A stretch of DNA of 52,045 nucleotides, from the IMG/VR virus record IMGVR_UViG_3300047376_000089, positions 1 to 52,045 of that record; one strand, written 5' to 3'. This DNA is from a virus. Its lineage: Duplodnaviria; Caudoviricetes. Made by a program: the position numbers and the translations under genes. Below the pieces are notes generated by a model. The model saw only the letters and a program-made list of their open reading frames with translations. It was not told the DNA's origin and ran no database searches. Shown in pieces: positions 1-7,463 of this stretch; positions within the stretch are counted from its first letter, which is position 1, and every line of letters begins with the position of its first letter.

Positions 1-276
1 TGTAGGTGTTGGTAATAACCATCCTAATAATAACAGGATCATTACCCAAGGTGGTATGTTTTGAATGTTTAGTTTTCCAACCATACCTGTTTCTATTTCT
101 TTTGTAATTATATCTCTTCCTACAGATGTAGTCTCTTCAATACTTACAGCAGACTGTCTATTCTCTGCACCTATCTGTGCATTAGAATTTACTGTAGGAC
201 CGCCTGATCCTCCTAGCGGAAGGAGAGTACTCAAACCACAAGAAGATAAAAATAGCACGAGTAATAACCATCTCAT
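1..276 (-). CDS. Lipoprotein with C-terminal TM segment, candidate unimolecular spanin (3' truncated)
   Basis: Translated by hand: MRWLLLVLFLSSCGLSTLLP...NIPPWVMILLLLGWLLPTPT; lipobox LSSC; ATG overlaps endolysin stop (TAATG); absent from the ORF track. Confidence 0.7.
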   Translation of the reverse strand, partial: MRWLLLVLFLSSCGLSTLLPLGGSGGPTVNSNAQIGAENRQSAVSIEETTSVGRDIITKEIETGMVGKLNIQNIPPWVMILLLLGWLLPTPT

Positions 277-743
277 TACATCAACTCAAAATGGGGTGCG
301 TCAATAAAAGGTCTACGACCTTGTGACCTACGCAAATCTACATATGCCATCATAGCGTCCTCTGACGATCCTTCGTATGTACGAATGTCACCTTCACTCC
401 ATGCTGCTCCCCACTTAATGCTGCATCCTACTTCTTTAGCTGCCTCTTTAAATGCGTCACATATATCGTCATATACATTTAGTTCCCATGATACATCTGG
501 TCCTACATAAGCTACCACATCTACCGCATGGCTAAAGCCGTCGTCCTGTAACAAATGTTTACTAGCCATTGTCTGTGATCTTCCTGCAGCTACGTTAGCC
601 TTTTGTTCGTCTAAGGTTCTTACACCCTGCGTAACTCCAAAGTCTACTCCTGTTAATTGAATAGCTCTTTCAACTACTGCTGTCATGTGTGGATGTACTC
701 CCTCAAGTCTATCCATTGATCTTTGACTTAATCTAAAACTCAT
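276..743 (-). CDS. Endolysin, M15 family L-Ala-D-Glu peptidase-like
   Basis: MSFRLSQRS..L.GVHP; GVRT..EQ; SKHL; HAVDV; DAPHFEL zinc-peptidase motifs; start moved to ATG at 743. Confidence 0.88.
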   Translation of the reverse strand: MSFRLSQRSMDRLEGVHPHMTAVVERAIQLTGVDFGVTQGVRTLDEQKANVAAGRSQTMASKHLLQDDGFSHAVDVVAYVGPDVSWELNVYDDICDAFKEAAKEVGCSIKWGAAWSEGDIRTYEGSSEDAMMAYVDLRRSQGRRPFIDAPHFELM

Positions 744-1069
744 CTCATGTCCTTTTTCATTGCTACCTTGTTGCCCATTGGCTTTCCTGCCATGTAAGCT
801 GTAGCTCCCATATAAGCTGCTACCACACCTGTCTGTGCAATATAAAATAACCCAAGCAAATCTGCTAGGGCTTGAACTCTTGTATCTGTCATTAGTGGAG
901 TAAACAAGATAACCGTAAATACAATCATCATTCCCATTGCTACCCACGCCATAAACTTTTGTGACTCAGCTTTTTCTTCACGTAGCTCAACCTCAAGCAT
1001 ACGTTCCTTCATTGCTATTTCTTCTGCTGTGATTTTACCGTCACCGTCTATATCAAAATCTATCACCAA
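740..1069 (-). CDS. Putative holin: two TM helices with an N-terminal EF-hand-like loop
   Basis: Two hydrophobic segments, basic C-terminus, directly upstream of endolysin; loop DIDGDGKITAEE. Confidence 0.6.
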   Translation of the reverse strand: MVIDFDIDGDGKITAEEIAMKERMLEVELREEKAESQKFMAWVAMGMMIVFTVILFTPLMTDTRVQALADLLGLFYIAQTGVVAAYMGATAYMAGKPMGNKVAMKKDMR

Positions 1070-1327
1070 CTATGATCTCCTGTAACGTCTGGAAGTTTTA
1101 GCCGCAGCTTTAGGTTGTTTAGAAAACTGCTTACCTGCTGCCGTATCTTTTCTTTTCTTGGCAGTGCTTGCTGCGTACTGGGAACTAGACATTCCTTTGA
1201 TTGCTGCTTCTGGCAGGTATCGTTCACCAGTAGCTTTTGATCCTTGCGTAGAAGGTTTACCACTTTTAGTTCTCCACTTTTGTTTTGTCCACTTGTCGAG
1301 GCTTTGTTGTGATTTTGCTTTAGCCAT
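1070..1327 (-). CDS. Basic protein, DUF5872-like C-terminal half
   Basis: SLDKWTKQKWRTKSGKPS...GERYLP motif. Confidence 0.65.
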   Translation of the reverse strand: MAKAKSQQSLDKWTKQKWRTKSGKPSTQGSKATGERYLPEAAIKGMSSSQYAASTAKKRKDTAAGKQFSKQPKAAAKTSRRYRRS

Positions 1328-1778
1328 TGAACAACCACGCAAAAAATATTAAAGCACCTACTCCTGAAGCCATTATTAAACCTGTAACTGTCCATGTAAT
1401 TATAGCTTCCTGTATTTCAGCTTTACGGTACTCTTGATCTTTCTTTTGCTTACGTATCCTACCTTCGGTAGCTACAAGCTCATCCCAAACAGATGGGCCA
1501 TAAGTAAAACTAATCCAGTCTTTTAGTTCTTGTCTCATAGCCTGTGCTTTCTTTTTAGCTGTAAATATCTCTAGAGCTTCAGCTTCAACAGAACCTCCCA
1601 TAGCTTTCCACCAAGGGGGATTCTTATTTTTCTGTTCTAAGTAAGCTAGATCACTCATGCTACTAGCCCACTGATTTAGCTGACCGCCCATTTCTTGAAG
1701 GTCTTTTCCAAATTGGAATCCCTTTTTGAGAGCATTGAACGCAACCGTAGCCCCACCAATAATTGTAACTGGGTCCAT
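1320..1778 (-). CDS. Hypothetical protein with C-terminal TM helix
   Basis: 152-aa ORF in operon; hydrophobic C-terminus. Confidence 0.75.
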   Translation of the reverse strand: MDPVTIIGGATVAFNALKKGFQFGKDLQEMGGQLNQWASSMSDLAYLEQKNKNPPWWKAMGGSVEAEALEIFTAKKKAQAMRQELKDWISFTYGPSVWDELVATEGRIRKQKKDQEYRKAEIQEAIITWTVTGLIMASGVGALIFFAWLFNG

Positions 1779-1787
1779 TTTTAGCCT

Positions 1788-1967
1788 CTAGCTTTTGTAG
1801 CCGCCACCTTTGGCTTTATATTGTTTTGCAAGCATTTGGGCTTTACGTGCAGACCACTGACCTGCCTTGCCCCCTTTAGTTCCTGACTTAATGCGGTTAA
1901 ACAAATTCCTACGCATACTAGGGTTAGTATAATTTCCTGCCGCATTTACTTTAGACTTTGTAGCCAT
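1788..1967 (-). CDS. Small basic protein, DUF5872-like N-terminal half
   Basis: Hand-translated 59 aa: MATKSKVNAAGNYTNPSMRRNLFNRIKSGTKGGKAGQWSARKAQMLAKQYKAKGGGYKS. Confidence 0.75.
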   Translation of the reverse strand: MATKSKVNAAGNYTNPSMRRNLFNRIKSGTKGGKAGQWSARKAQMLAKQYKAKGGGYKS

Positions 1968-2115
1968 ATCGTAAAACTCTTTCTATATCGTACCGACCTA
2001 TGCCTATATCTCTTAGCTCTGAATCGGTCATGCTATATAATTGATCACGTGCAATTCTTCGTTTTGCAGATTCAATTCTAGCTTCAATAATTTTATGGAA
2101 TAATCTTTTTAACAT
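1951..2115 (-). CDS. DUF1127 (YjiS-like) small protein
   Basis: Hand-translated 54 aa containing LYSMTDSELRDIGIGRYDI; strong RBS AAAGGAG. Confidence 0.8.
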   Translation of the reverse strand: MLKRLFHKIIEARIESAKRRIARDQLYSMTDSELRDIGIGRYDIERVLRYGYKV

Positions 2116-2156
2116 ATCTATCTCCTTTGTTAACGGTAACGTTAGCTACCAGAGAT

Positions 2157-2201
2157 AGTTATATCATATATAGTTATAACATACTACAGATAAAAATGCA
2201 A
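2157..2201 (-). promoter_or_regulatory. Sigma70-like promoter for the DUF1127 gene
   Basis: TTGCAT-N17-TATAACT plus a second TGATATAACT; -35 lies in palindrome ATGCA-N9-TGCAT. Confidence 0.55.
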
Positions 2202-2214
2202 CCCCGATATGCAT

Positions 2215-2577
2215 TTACCTGTTAGGATTAAAATATAGTCTTCCAGATATTGTAACATCAAATGTACCACCATCTTTAGAACATACAAGTTTATCACCTG
2301 CATGAAGATGCATACGTGCTGCATCTAAAACATTCAATGCAGTATTACCTGCAACAGATTTTGCTTCTATAAAATTATGATAAGTTGTATCATCTGCATG
2401 ATAAAACTCTATAGTAATCTTTTGACTAGAGTTACCACCATTAGTAACCATTAACATGTCAATAGTTACATCGTGATTAGCAGGGCATGTATATAAAACA
2501 TTACCACTTGCTCCACCTGAAGTGGCAGCAACTGAAACTGATTCTGTAGTGGTGGTATATTTAACGTCTGTTACCAT
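2215..2577 (-). CDS. Hypothetical beta-rich protein, possibly virion-associated
   Basis: 120-aa ORF in late operon; LYTCPAN motif. Confidence 0.7.
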   Translation of the reverse strand: MVTDVKYTTTTESVSVAATSGGASGNVLYTCPANHDVTIDMLMVTNGGNSSQKITIEFYHADDTTYHNFIEAKSVAGNTALNVLDAARMHLHAGDKLVCSKDGGTFDVTISGRLYFNPNR

Positions 2578-2868
2578 TTACTTTTTTTTCTTTTTACGTG
2601 TAAGTTTCTTAACTACTTTAGTTGTCCATGCTTCATTCTCTGGTGTAGCAGGATCGTCCTTTACGTAGTGACCTTTAGTATTACGTGCACGTACTTTAAT
2701 TGTTTCTGTAGGTACAAGTATAGTTTTTATTTCTTCTATATCAGTAACCCAATTACCGTCTACATCTTTAGAGACAACAACATTCTTGTTCATGTCCTCT
2801 ACATACTGCCCCATGTTTACGACTATGTAACCTAGAGCACTTATCTTTTGTATTTGTTCTGGTGTCAT
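2578..2868 (-). CDS. Hypothetical protein
   Basis: RARNTKGHYVKDDPATPENEAW motif; basic tail. Confidence 0.7.
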   Translation of the reverse strand: MTPEQIQKISALGYIVVNMGQYVEDMNKNVVVSKDVDGNWVTDIEEIKTILVPTETIKVRARNTKGHYVKDDPATPENEAWTTKVVKKLTRKKKKK

Positions 2869-3131
2869 TTTTTCTTTGCCACTCCACCACGTTTCATCTT
2901 CTTAACTGCACCACCCTTTTTCATGTAGCCCATTTTATTACGAACTCCTGTTGGTAGTTTGCTTAGTCCTTTGTTTCCCTTTGGTACTGCTTTCACTGAT
3001 CCACCCTTTCTATATTGATTATAACCTGAAGCATTGGCAGCTTGTCCTTGCTTAACTGCGTCAATCCTACGTTTGTAGACTTTACCAGTTTTACCCCAAC
3101 GATAGCCACCCTCTACTTTTTCTACAGGCAT
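2865..3131 (-). CDS. Small basic protein with MxxGG repeats
   Basis: GYRWGKTGKVY; YRKGG, MKKGG, MKRGG. Confidence 0.75.
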   Translation of the reverse strand: MPVEKVEGGYRWGKTGKVYKRRIDAVKQGQAANASGYNQYRKGGSVKAVPKGNKGLSKLPTGVRNKMGYMKKGGAVKKMKRGGVAKKK

Positions 3132-3133
3132 TG

Positions 3134-3229
3134 TTATGCTTTACAATTACATTCAGGGCAACATTTTTTATTTATTAGTGCACATACTATTCTTTTTAAA
3201 TATCGCCATATCCATTTAACTATTTTCAT
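3134..3229 (-). CDS. Small Cys-rich peptide (31 aa)
   Basis: MKIVKWIWRYLKRIVCALINKKCCPECNCKA; fills the operon gap; GGAG RBS. Confidence 0.55.
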   Translation of the reverse strand: MKIVKWIWRYLKRIVCALINKKCCPECNCKA

Positions 3230-3420
3230 AATGAAACTCCCATTTTAATTTTTTTACATTCTGGTATTGCTAGGTATCCCTGTTGTTGAAAATACCTAGC
3301 CACTACCATTGCTTCTTGAACACAAGCTTCTTCTGTAGAAAATGTTGCCTCTGTCTTAGCCATAACCTCGCAAGTTAATGCGGAAGGTCCAGTACACAAA
3401 AGCATAAATGCAATCCACAT
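3226..3420 (-). CDS. Hypothetical protein (FSTEEAC motif)
   Basis: 64-aa ORF overlapping its neighbours. Confidence 0.65.
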   Translation of the reverse strand: MWIAFMLLCTGPSALTCEVMAKTEATFSTEEACVQEAMVVARYFQQQGYLAIPECKKIKMGVSL

Positions 3421-3803
3421 TAGAACTTAACTTTAGCACCTACTGTAATATCACCAAATTCCCAGTCACGGTCTGATGATACTTCAGTATATAAAGTTAC
3501 GCCACTTACTGCATACTCTGCTGCCCAGTCCATGCCTTTAAAAATTTCATCTTCGTCTAGTCCACGAATATCAATTTCAGTTTCTACTGACAGTCCTATA
3601 CCCATAGAGGTAGTAAATGATGCATATGGTGTTGCAGTCCAATCCCACTCTTCTACACCTGTGATGTAGTTAATGTCTGACTCTGCTCCTGCAGAAATAG
3701 TTTGTCCTGCAATAGTAAAGTCTTTAGCTTGAACAGTTGTAGCTGCCATTAAACTAGCCAAACCTATCCATGTTGCAACAACGGTAAGTTGTAATTTGTT
3801 CAT
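3420..3803 (-). CDS. Small outer-membrane beta-barrel/porin-like protein
   Basis: Signal peptide ending VQA, amphipathic strands, C-terminal beta-signal VGAKVKF. Confidence 0.65.
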   Translation of the reverse strand: MNKLQLTVVATWIGLASLMAATTVQAKDFTIAGQTISAGAESDINYITGVEEWDWTATPYASFTTSMGIGLSVETEIDIRGLDEDEIFKGMDWAAEYAVSGVTLYTEVSSDRDWEFGDITVGAKVKF

Positions 3804-3814
3804 TTTATATTTCC

Positions 3815-3952
3815 TTATTTCTTTTTCTTTGCCATGCCGCCACGCATCATTTTCTTTTTAGCCATACCACCACCACGCATCATAGGCTTTTTAGCCATAC
3901 CGCCACGCATCATTGGTTTCTTTTTCTTCATTGCTCTTGGTTTCATTGCCAT
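3815..3952 (-). CDS. Met/Lys/Gly-rich repeat peptide (45 aa)
   Basis: MAMKPRAMKKKKPMMRGGMAKKPMMRGGGMAKKKMMRGGMAKKKK; RBS AAGGAG; fills the gap between genes. Confidence 0.8.
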   Translation of the reverse strand: MAMKPRAMKKKKPMMRGGMAKKPMMRGGGMAKKKMMRGGMAKKKK

Positions 3953-4470
3953 TGTTGGTTTCTCCTTTGTCTTCTTTCTAATACGAGAGCTTCATACTCT
4001 TCGTGTGGATACACATCATAGTATCCTAGTTTCTCAAGTTTTAAACTTGCATCGTCTACCTGAGATAAAGACTGGATAAACATCATGGCATACTCTTCGT
4101 CTATGCTAGATGCCCAGTCATGGTCATACAAAAAATCTAAGTCAGCTTCTTCTGCTCCGTACTCTGGATGAAATCCCATTACATGTAGATCACACCACGA
4201 GTACGTATCATTAAGAAACCCGATAAATTCTGTAAACTGATATGGGGTAGGAAATTTGTAAGACGCAATTACAACTAATTCATATTGATGATCATTAAAC
4301 TTGTTAGCTTGTGCTATTGTTTCAATGCCAATGTGGTCTGTCTCTACAACTTCTACCTTATTCTTCTTCCATGCTTCACGTGCATATGGACAGGCAGGTA
4401 GTCCGTTTAATGCAGGGTTAGCTACTTCAAGTACTTCCTGCGACCAACTACGTAGGTCTGCCTCTATCAT
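3943..4470 (-). CDS. DUF1415-like protein
   Basis: L.GLPACPYA..AW and MGFHP motifs. Confidence 0.55.
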   Translation of the reverse strand: MIEADLRSWSQEVLEVANPALNGLPACPYAREAWKKNKVEVVETDHIGIETIAQANKFNDHQYELVVIASYKFPTPYQFTEFIGFLNDTYSWCDLHVMGFHPEYGAEEADLDFLYDHDWASSIDEEYAMMFIQSLSQVDDASLKLEKLGYYDVYPHEEYEALVLERRQRRNQQWQ

Positions 4471-4880
4471 TTCATAAACATGCCACCTCTACGCATATCA
4501 TAGTTACCTTTACGTGAGGCCATTCCACCTTTGTTAAAAGGTAGACTAGGTAACGTTACATTACCTTTCATTTTTTTATCTCGTGCAGACTGCTGTTGCT
4601 TACGTTCCATTTTATCTACATCTGAAGCTTGCTTTGACTCAAATTTTGTACGTTGATTATCTAACATATCTTGCATCATTTTCTTACGAGTGCCGTCTGG
4701 CATATCGTCAATTCGCCTTTGCATTGTATCCATTGCATTAGCAGTACTAGCTTCTTTAATATCAGTTGCACTTATTGTAGTCTTTTTAGCAATACTACCT
4801 TTTTTCTCTGTAATTTTATCTTCTGCTCTATCTTTAGCTCTTTGCTTTAATTTCTTTTTTGCTATACTAGATAATCCCAT
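4467..4880 (-). CDS. Hypothetical basic protein with C-terminal FNKGG/MRRGG
   Basis: 137-aa ORF with RBS. Confidence 0.75.
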   Translation of the reverse strand: MGLSSIAKKKLKQRAKDRAEDKITEKKGSIAKKTTISATDIKEASTANAMDTMQRRIDDMPDGTRKKMMQDMLDNQRTKFESKQASDVDKMERKQQQSARDKKMKGNVTLPSLPFNKGGMASRKGNYDMRRGGMFMK

Positions 4881-4892
4881 GATATATTCCTT

Positions 4893-5186
4893 TTACCATT
4901 TAACTTTGTGTGACCAATACTTTGCACTTAGCTTACTTGTTGGTTTACCCTGTGCATTGTGTCTTGCATAATAGCTCTTCTTACGAGCTTTGTCTTTTGC
5001 TGATGTAGGATTTTTACCTGCACCACTTACTCCTTGTTGTCCAAACCTAATAAACTTATACGTGTCTCCTTCTTTAGCCATAACACAATGAGACTTAGTT
5101 GGGTGCTTCGGTGTACGTTTAGGTTTATTAACACCTGTCAGCCCTTCGGCTTTCATTTTAGTTTTGACTCTTTCAGGAACTGCCAT
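4893..5186 (-). CDS. Basic hypothetical protein
   Basis: IRFGQQG...RKKSYYARH...SAKYWS..W motif typical of a phage basic-protein family. Confidence 0.75.
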   Translation of the reverse strand: MAVPERVKTKMKAEGLTGVNKPKRTPKHPTKSHCVMAKEGDTYKFIRFGQQGVSGAGKNPTSAKDKARKKSYYARHNAQGKPTSKLSAKYWSHKVKW

Positions 5187-5391
5187 CTGTCCAACCTTCC
5201 ATACGCATCGCCCACTCTACATGTTCTAAAGTAAATGGTTTACCATAGTGAGCCTGTACAGCCTCACGTACATAGTATACATCACTGTGGGGAATATGTA
5301 AATCTTCAATGTTACCGTCAAGTACGTGTTTGTAAAACTCTTCAAGAACATTGTCAGTATATAGTTTTACTGATTTTTTACTCATTGTCAA
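5173..5391 (-). CDS. Hypothetical protein, first gene of the - arm
   Basis: ORF overlapping the next gene; start codon uncertain. Confidence 0.6.
   Translation of the reverse strand: MTMSKKSVKLYTDNVLEEFYKHVLDGNIEDLHIPHSDVYYVREAVQAHYGKPFTLEHVEWAMRMEGWTDGSS
5364..5391 (-). promoter_or_regulatory. Leftward promoter
   Basis: TTGACA-N16-TAAAACTATATA. Confidence 0.55.
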
Positions 5392-5430
5392 GAACTTTCG
5401 TAATATTTATACAAAAATAATTAATATACT

Positions 5431-5521
5431 GCTCACTTATAGTGTTACATATAAGTGTATCTTAGTTTAGTATAATTATATTTAAGGTATATAACATTTA
5501 AGTGTATCACTTTAAGTGAGT
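5431..5521. repeat. Long imperfect inverted repeat
   Basis: GCTCACTTATAGTGTTACATATAA pairs with TTAAGTGTATCACTTTAAGTGAGT. Confidence 0.7.
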
Positions 5522-5540
5522 CTTAGTTTAGTTATATATA

Positions 5541-5568
5541 GTTTTACACATTTCACTCCTCGTGTCAA
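5541..5568 (-). promoter_or_regulatory. Leftward promoter of the late arm
   Basis: TTGACA-N16-TAAAACTATATA in intergenic DNA. Confidence 0.7.
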
Positions 5569-6025
5569 CCCCTAATCGTAAAAATAAGAATACTGTTCTT
5601 CATTTGCCATGTTTTACAGAACCATGTTCTATGTAAACCAGTATATACGTATTGTGGTTAACACTCCATTTTCCTGATCTGTGTGTGTATACATGTATAT
5701 ATACCACGTGACCCCCACTGGCCCTTGCCTACCCCTGCTCTCACTGCGCAATTCCGTGCATCATGCAACGTCATGGCGTGTGGTGAAATCAAATCTGCTG
5801 TCTCATCTCACCATCATATCAAAGATATGTTTAGTTTCAATAGTTTACTTGTCTACGACAACTGTTATGGAATCAGTTGCCACTCTAAAGAGTGTAAGAA
5901 TAGCTGACATATCACACCAAAGGTGTGTTCAAGTGCCGATGCTTAAAATACACCACCCACCATCTACGATGGTCAGATGCATGATCCTACAAGCCGTGCA
6001 TAGCTCTGCCAATAGTCAATCCAAC

Positions 6026-6041
6026 TGTCCAACGTTGGACA
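6026..6041. promoter_or_regulatory. Perfect 16-bp palindrome, copy 1
   Basis: TGTCCAACGTTGGACA. Confidence 0.7.
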
Positions 6042-6208
6042 CTTCACATCTAAAGATGTGGCAGAATTGTCACAGTTATCTTGCAATCCTAGGCCAGAAG
6101 CCTCGTGAGTTTAGCACACGTACTTCAAAAATATATGAAATATTTTTTGCAGTCACCTGTGAAACGACAGGCGCAGAGGATCACAGGAAGCAGCAAATTC
6201 AACTTATA

Positions 6209-6291
6209 CTATCTTCTATTCGTTTTTAATGATAAAGTATATCTCACTATTTGTGAGAGATATACATTTCTCATATAAAAACAGAAGATAG
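6209..6291 (+). repeat. Long bulged hairpin upstream of the first early gene
   Basis: CTATCTTCT..GTTTTTA..GTATATCTCAC pairs with GTGAGAGATATAC..TAAAAACAGAAGATAG. Confidence 0.7.
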
Positions 6292-6307
6292 ATAAAGGAG
6301 GCCAATC

Positions 6308-6925
6308 ATGGCAAATTCAATCTCAGTAAGCAAAACAACTCAAGAAGGAACTTCTTTGGATACTCTAGTAAAAGAGGGCAAAGCCCTGTACAACATTTGG
6401 AAACAGACTAACAGTCTGAAAGACTCAACAAAAGCCAAGGGCTTTGACACAAGGCTTGGCAAACTACTTGTTGAGCTAAAGGCTCAGTCTAGCCTAGATA
6501 GTGGTCAAATCAGTAGACAAACCTTGGCAACATATCATGTTGACAAAATAGATCGTAGAAGACGATCAGAAGCTTTGTGGTTCGTTGAAAACGAAGTTGA
6601 ATGTCGAGAGTTCATAGAAGCCTCAAAGAAGGGCTTCACATCTCTAACTGCTCTTCAAGCAGCAATGCGTAAAGCTGCTAAAGCAGATGATGCTGCTGCT
6701 GAACCAACCACTGCTAAAGCAGAACCGTCCAATGTTGGACAGTCTAACGGAGTTAAGGACACTGGTTGGGTAGATGTTGACAAGGGAACGTTCTCACTTG
6801 GCAATACTCGTACTGCAATCGTTGACGCAATCTTTGCACATTGCAACGATCACCAGATTGACATTGACACAATCATTGCTGACTTACAGTCAAAAGCAGC
6901 TTTAGCAAACAAGGTGGCAGCATAA
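6308..6925 (+). CDS. First early protein, helical putative DNA-binding protein
   Basis: RBS AAAGGAGG; RLGKLLVELK...RRRRSEALWF loosely DUF3102-like. Confidence 0.8.
   Translation: MANSISVSKTTQEGTSLDTLVKEGKALYNIWKQTNSLKDSTKAKGFDTRLGKLLVELKAQSSLDSGQISRQTLATYHVDKIDRRRRSEALWFVENEVECREFIEASKKGFTSLTALQAAMRKAAKADDAAAEPTTAKAEPSNVGQSNGVKDTGWVDVDKGTFSLGNTRTAIVDAIFAHCNDHQIDIDTIIADLQSKAALANKVAA
6726..6741. promoter_or_regulatory. Palindrome copy 2 (intragenic)
   Basis: CGTCCAATGTTGGACA. Confidence 0.7.
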
Positions 6926-6952
6926 GCTGTCACTAACATAGGAGTTATAAAA

Positions 6953-7111
6953 ATGATTACATTTTTAATGTTTATGATTAATGGTATGGCAATGGTAACT
7001 TTGTTTTTGATTGCTATGACAGTTGGAACGTTACAAGCAATACCTAGTATGTTAGTTGTGTTTGTGATTGTAATGGCAATCAACTACCTAGTGATGTATA
7101 TGAATGGATGA
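6953..7111 (+). CDS. Small hydrophobic membrane protein (52 aa)
   Basis: MITFLMFMINGMAMVTLFLIAM...; RBS AGGAG. Confidence 0.6.
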   Translation: MITFLMFMINGMAMVTLFLIAMTVGTLQAIPSMLVVFVIVMAINYLVMYMNG

Positions 7112-7140
7112 ACTTTAGTAGTCACATAGTTAAATAACAC

Positions 7141-7169
7141 TTGATACTTTAGTGAAAGTGTTATATAAC
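7141..7169 (+). promoter_or_regulatory. Early promoter embedded in an inverted repeat
   Basis: TTGATA-N17-TATAAC inside hairpin 7116-7183. Confidence 0.55.
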
Positions 7170-7201
7170 ATATGTAGACACTAACAAACTATAACTGAAA
7201 C

Positions 7202-7217
7202 CGTCCAATGTTGGACA
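7202..7217. promoter_or_regulatory. Palindrome copy 3 (intergenic)
   Basis: CGTCCAATGTTGGACA between promoter and RBS. Confidence 0.7.
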
Positions 7218-7235
7218 CTTTAAACGGAGTTTATT

Positions 7236-7463
7236 ATGAGAATATTAAGAAAATCAGTATTAACTGGTAACGTCAATACAATGGATATCAATGTAACTGA
7301 TGAGCAGTTTACTAAATATCTAGGTAGTAATGAGTGCATACAAAATGTACTGCCTGACTTATCAGTTGATGAACGTGAGTTTCTTATATCTGGTATTACA
7401 CCAGATGAATGGGATAATACATTTTCATTTACTGCAATCTCTCTAAATGCGGAGGAAGCATAA
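7236..7463 (+). CDS. Conserved phage hypothetical protein
   Basis: IQNVLPDLSVDEREFLISGITPDEWD motif. Confidence 0.8.
   Translation: MRILRKSVLTGNVNTMDINVTDEQFTKYLGSNECIQNVLPDLSVDEREFLISGITPDEWDNTFSFTAISLNAEEA

Noticed and set aside
744-947. N-terminal extension of the endolysin in the ORF track
   Set aside because: Overlaps the holin; the family-like sequence and RBS begin at ATG 743
5681-6229. 182-aa + strand ORF in the control region
   Set aside because: No RBS, atypical composition, overlaps palindrome and hairpins; probably spurious
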